From: Octopus bimaculoides
Taxonomy: Eukaryota
Length of the DNA: 40,975 nt
NCBI RefSeq assembly: GCF_001194135.2
Contig: NC_069000.1
Location: forward strand, 8,675,024-8,715,998
Direction: 5' to 3'
Shown: one piece after another, positions 37,695-40,975 of the stretch
Layout of the letters: every line of letters starts with the position of its first letter
Position numbering within the stretch: the first letter of the stretch is position 1
Translations under genes and position numbers: made by a program
Notes under the pieces: generated by a model
Databases searched by the model: none
What the model was told of the DNA's origin: nothing
Seen by the model: only the letters and a program-made list of their open reading frames with translations

Positions 37695-37954
37695 CTGAAA
37701 TAGAAACAAAATGATTGTATGAAATATGATATCGACTGTTATCATGGAGAAATATGCATTTCCTAGTTTTCCTGTTTTAAGCCAATGAAACAAGGTAAAG
37801 GTAGTTGATGAGCATTTTGGATTATACACTTTGATGCCTTTAAAAGAAATAAGGTCAGAGATGGAGTTGAAGAGCGCTAGAAGCCCTGGGGAAGAAGGAT
37901 TGGTTAATATGTAACATGTGTGAGAATATATACTTGATGAGTATTGCATGACAT

Positions 37955-38994
37955 CGGAAATTTATGAATTCTCATGGGGGGGGGGGGTTCTGCTCCCTTT
38001 AAGTCACCTCAAATTGAAACCAAACATACTGCATTATACCCCCCCTTATGCATTGAATCTAAGTTCCAAATTTCATTAGGATCGGTGGAGTAGTTTTCGA
38101 ATCTATAAGTAACACACGAACACACATAAAGACATTGACTTTTATATAATAGATATGAATATGCACATATACATACATATGTGTATGTGTGTGTGCATTA
38201 TATATGAGTATATATATATGTATATATATATATATGTGTGTGTGTGTATGTATATATATATATATATATATATATNNNNNNNNNNNNNNNNNNNNNNNNN
38301 NNNNNNNNNNNNNNNNNNNNNNNNNNNNNNNNNNNNNNNNNNNNNNNNNNNNNNNNNNNNNNNNNNNNNNNNNNNNNNNNNNNNNNNNNNNNNNNNNNNN
38401 NNNNNNNNNNNNNNNNNNNNNNNNNNNNNNNNNNNNNNNNNNNNNNNNNNNNNNNNNNNNNNNNNNNNNNGGAATGAAGGCCCCTATTGGGGGTGGGTGT
38501 GTTAATGTCAACCAGAGAAGTAGAATTGTTGGGAATGTTTTTAAGTTGGGTCTTATAGTATACCTGTATATATGTGAGAGTATAGTTTCACTTTAATAGT
38601 TTCAGTATGAAATTGAAAGTATTAAAGTGAAAGTATTTGAAATTACAGAAGCGACATGTTATTGTTTCACTTTTGAGATGTAATACTGAAATAGTGGAAT
38701 AGTTTCAGTGTGAAAGTGAAAGTATCTGACATTACAGTAGAGTGATGTTATTGTTTCACTTTTGACACGTAATACTGAAATAGTGGAGGAGATATGATAT
38801 TGGAGTGGGCTCGAACTATGCAAGAAGTTAAAAATTGTTTTTGCCTAAGACACTACATGGACCCTAAGTAAGGCATGTGTAAAATTTGAATGAAATTGGT
38901 TGCGTAGTTCTCGAGTTTTAGAGATTCACACACACACAGACAGACACACACACACACAGACAGACACACATTCTCATTTTTATATATATAGAAT
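37955..38994 (+). mobile_element. Helentron/HINE-like non-autonomous element remnants with an internal 2-copy tandem repeat (38596-38786)
   Basis: Two termini of the type AAATTT..A.GATCGG....GTAGTT...(CA/CAGA)n..CATT....TTTTATATA(TA)TAGA at ~38066-38155 and ~38882-38994. This pattern is typical of invertebrate Helitron-like DINE-1/Lep1-type elements. Boundaries uncertain. Confidence 0.45.
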
Positions 38995-39039
38995 ATACAG
39001 AAAGATAGATTGATAGTACTTGGAAGAATTTTTTGTCGA

Positions 39040-39372
39040 ATGAATCGACCCCAGTACTTTTGTTTTATTTTGATAAGCCTGATGCTTATTCTATCAGTCT
39101 CTTCTTGTCAAACCAGTAAGTTATGGGGATGTAAATAAACGAACACCAGTTGTCAAGCAGTGATGAAGGAGAAACACAGACACAAAGACACTTACATGCA
39201 CATACATGTATACGTATATAAACAATTGATTTCTTTCAGTTTCTGTCTACGAAATCCACTCACAAGGCTTTGGTTGTTGTGAGGCTATAGCAGAAGACAC
39301 TTGCTAAGTTATCACACAGTGGGACTGAACCCAGGACCATGTGTTTTGGAACCAAGTTTCGTACTACACAGA
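39040..39372 (-). mobile_element. Family B head + family C tail SINE
   Basis: TTTCTTTCAGTTTCTGTCTACGAAATCCACTCACAAGGCTTTGG...AGAAGACACTTGC...GTGGGACTGAACCCAGGACCATG. Confidence 0.75.
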
Positions 39373-40084
39373 CACACACACACACACACACAATCACATT
39401 GGAATTTGATGACAAGTAAAAGAAAAACTGGTGAGCGCACAATAAGTACAAAATGAAACTTGGACAATTTGGAAAAAAAAAAAAATGTGTAATAGCTCTC
39501 AGTATATGTGAGCACGCATAATTTATTATTTTTTTCACATTAAATTTCGATATAATCGTTATTTAAAAGGAATTTGTAGAAAATTTCCTTAAAAAATACG
39601 AAAGTTTGGGGAGTTATGAAAAAACAACGTCGACTCATGTGAATTATCCGGAACTCCTCTTCACATCTCCGAAAAATGTTTTCACGATTAATTCCAATAT
39701 AACGGAAATCTACGGTATCTGAAAGGCATTTGCAGAAAATTTCATTGGAAAAATATCCATTTTTTAGAATGATAAACACATAGGGTGCGGTCACACGATT
39801 GTGTTGTTAAAACGGACAACGTCTTATATAGTTCTAGAAATCACAAGTGAGTCACTCTATAATTACATCCGCTTAGATAACACTAACAAAAATGAACAAC
39901 TCAACAATAATTCTTAACAGCATTCAAAACACCATCTTTCAACAAAAAAGCTGGCTACAACACAACATACATAAAACTAAAAAAAAAAAAAAAAAAAATT
40001 CATTCGCATCCACCAAACAAATGATTGACGCTTGGCAACGATAATATGGGGATCTAAACATGAAGAGTGATGTAGGGTATATTA

Positions 40085-40156
40085 TTGTCGTCGTCGTCAT
40101 CATCATCATCATCATCATCATCAACATCATCATCATCAACACCATCATCATCATCA

Positions 40157-40230
<74 letters not shown>

Positions 40231-40237
40231 GTTATTA
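40085..40237. repeat. (CAT)n(TTA)n microsatellite
   Basis: Directly visible. Confidence 0.95.
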
Positions 40238-40975
40238 TGTACGATGTATATTCATGCAAATGCCCATGTTCGAATACTCACAATTTTCAATTCCTGCAAT
40301 GTTTTGGTTATGCCCTGTAGTTCATTGGCCATATTTTAAACGAAAAACAAGTTCACGTTGGAAAAAAGATTTCTTTCTACTTTTGTTTCTTTTCCTTCTA
40401 CAGTAAACTTGAAATTTGTGTCAAAGCAGTCTCACTGAGTCTGATGACGTTCTAACGAAACTGGAGATTGAAGAAGAGAGGCAGTTGAAAAATGTAGAGC
40501 CACTATAAATTAGTTTAACAAAACTGAGGCGTAAAATGTGGCTATGCTCATACCGATAACTAAATTTGGAATAATAAAAGTGAATATTGTGTTTCACCTT
40601 AAAACTAAGTTGTAAAGCGTTTGTATGCATGAGTGTGTGTGCGTATCGAAATAGGGATGACTATGTAGATTGAGAGAGACAGAGACAGACAGACAGACGG
40701 ACGGGATGGAGAAAGGAGACATAGAAATAGTGAGTGATAACAGATAAAAATTGTTCAAAGGACATTTATACAATAGATGCATCCAATTAGTGCTCAGGTG
40801 AAAACAATTGCCTAAATTGCGAGGTGAATAAAATAACAATAGTTGACTCTGAGCACTGATTGTATGCATCTATTGTATAAATGGCCTTTCAAATATTCTT
40901 ATCTGTTATCTCTCTCTCAAGCTATATCTACCCATCTCTACTTCGATACGCACACACACACACACACACACACAC

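Noticed and set aside
40427-40463. CAGTC...CTGATGA-C-GTT-CT-AAC-GAAACTG, a hammerhead-like core with a 4-bp stem III
   Set aside because: Stem I cannot form and the stem II loop is only 2 nt. A core match alone is expected about once by chance in a window this size.

Overview
AT-rich, microsatellite- and SINE-dense eukaryotic DNA with about 12 N-gaps. The repeat families look like those of coleoid cephalopods, most likely Octopus (inference from repeat motifs, not a database hit). Three protein-coding genes are supported. (1) A complete 18-exon CFAP91/MAATS1 gene on the minus strand (ATG 16382, stop 1817; exons sum to 2127 nt = 708 aa + stop; all introns GT-AG and phase-consistent). (2) An intronless NDFIP1/2-like ORF on the plus strand (19041-20906), head-to-head with CFAP91, with three PY motifs, a 3-TM C-terminus and an unusual ~387-aa low-complexity N-terminal extension. 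(3) A TPR gene on the minus strand with one large coding exon (36213-37694) resembling vertebrate IFIT/TTC22 proteins. The rest is intronic or intergenic. It holds several tRNA-derived SINE families (some with clear TSDs, nested or in inverted pairs), Tc1/mariner and hAT MITEs, a young GG-ended MITE carrying a telomere-repeat hairpin, Helentron-like ends, a CR1-like fragment and two Penelope-type minimal hammerhead-ribozyme-like motifs. Most short ORFs in the supplied track are microsatellite or N-gap artefacts. Family names come from recalled motifs and were not searched; repeat boundaries are approximate unless a TSD is given.
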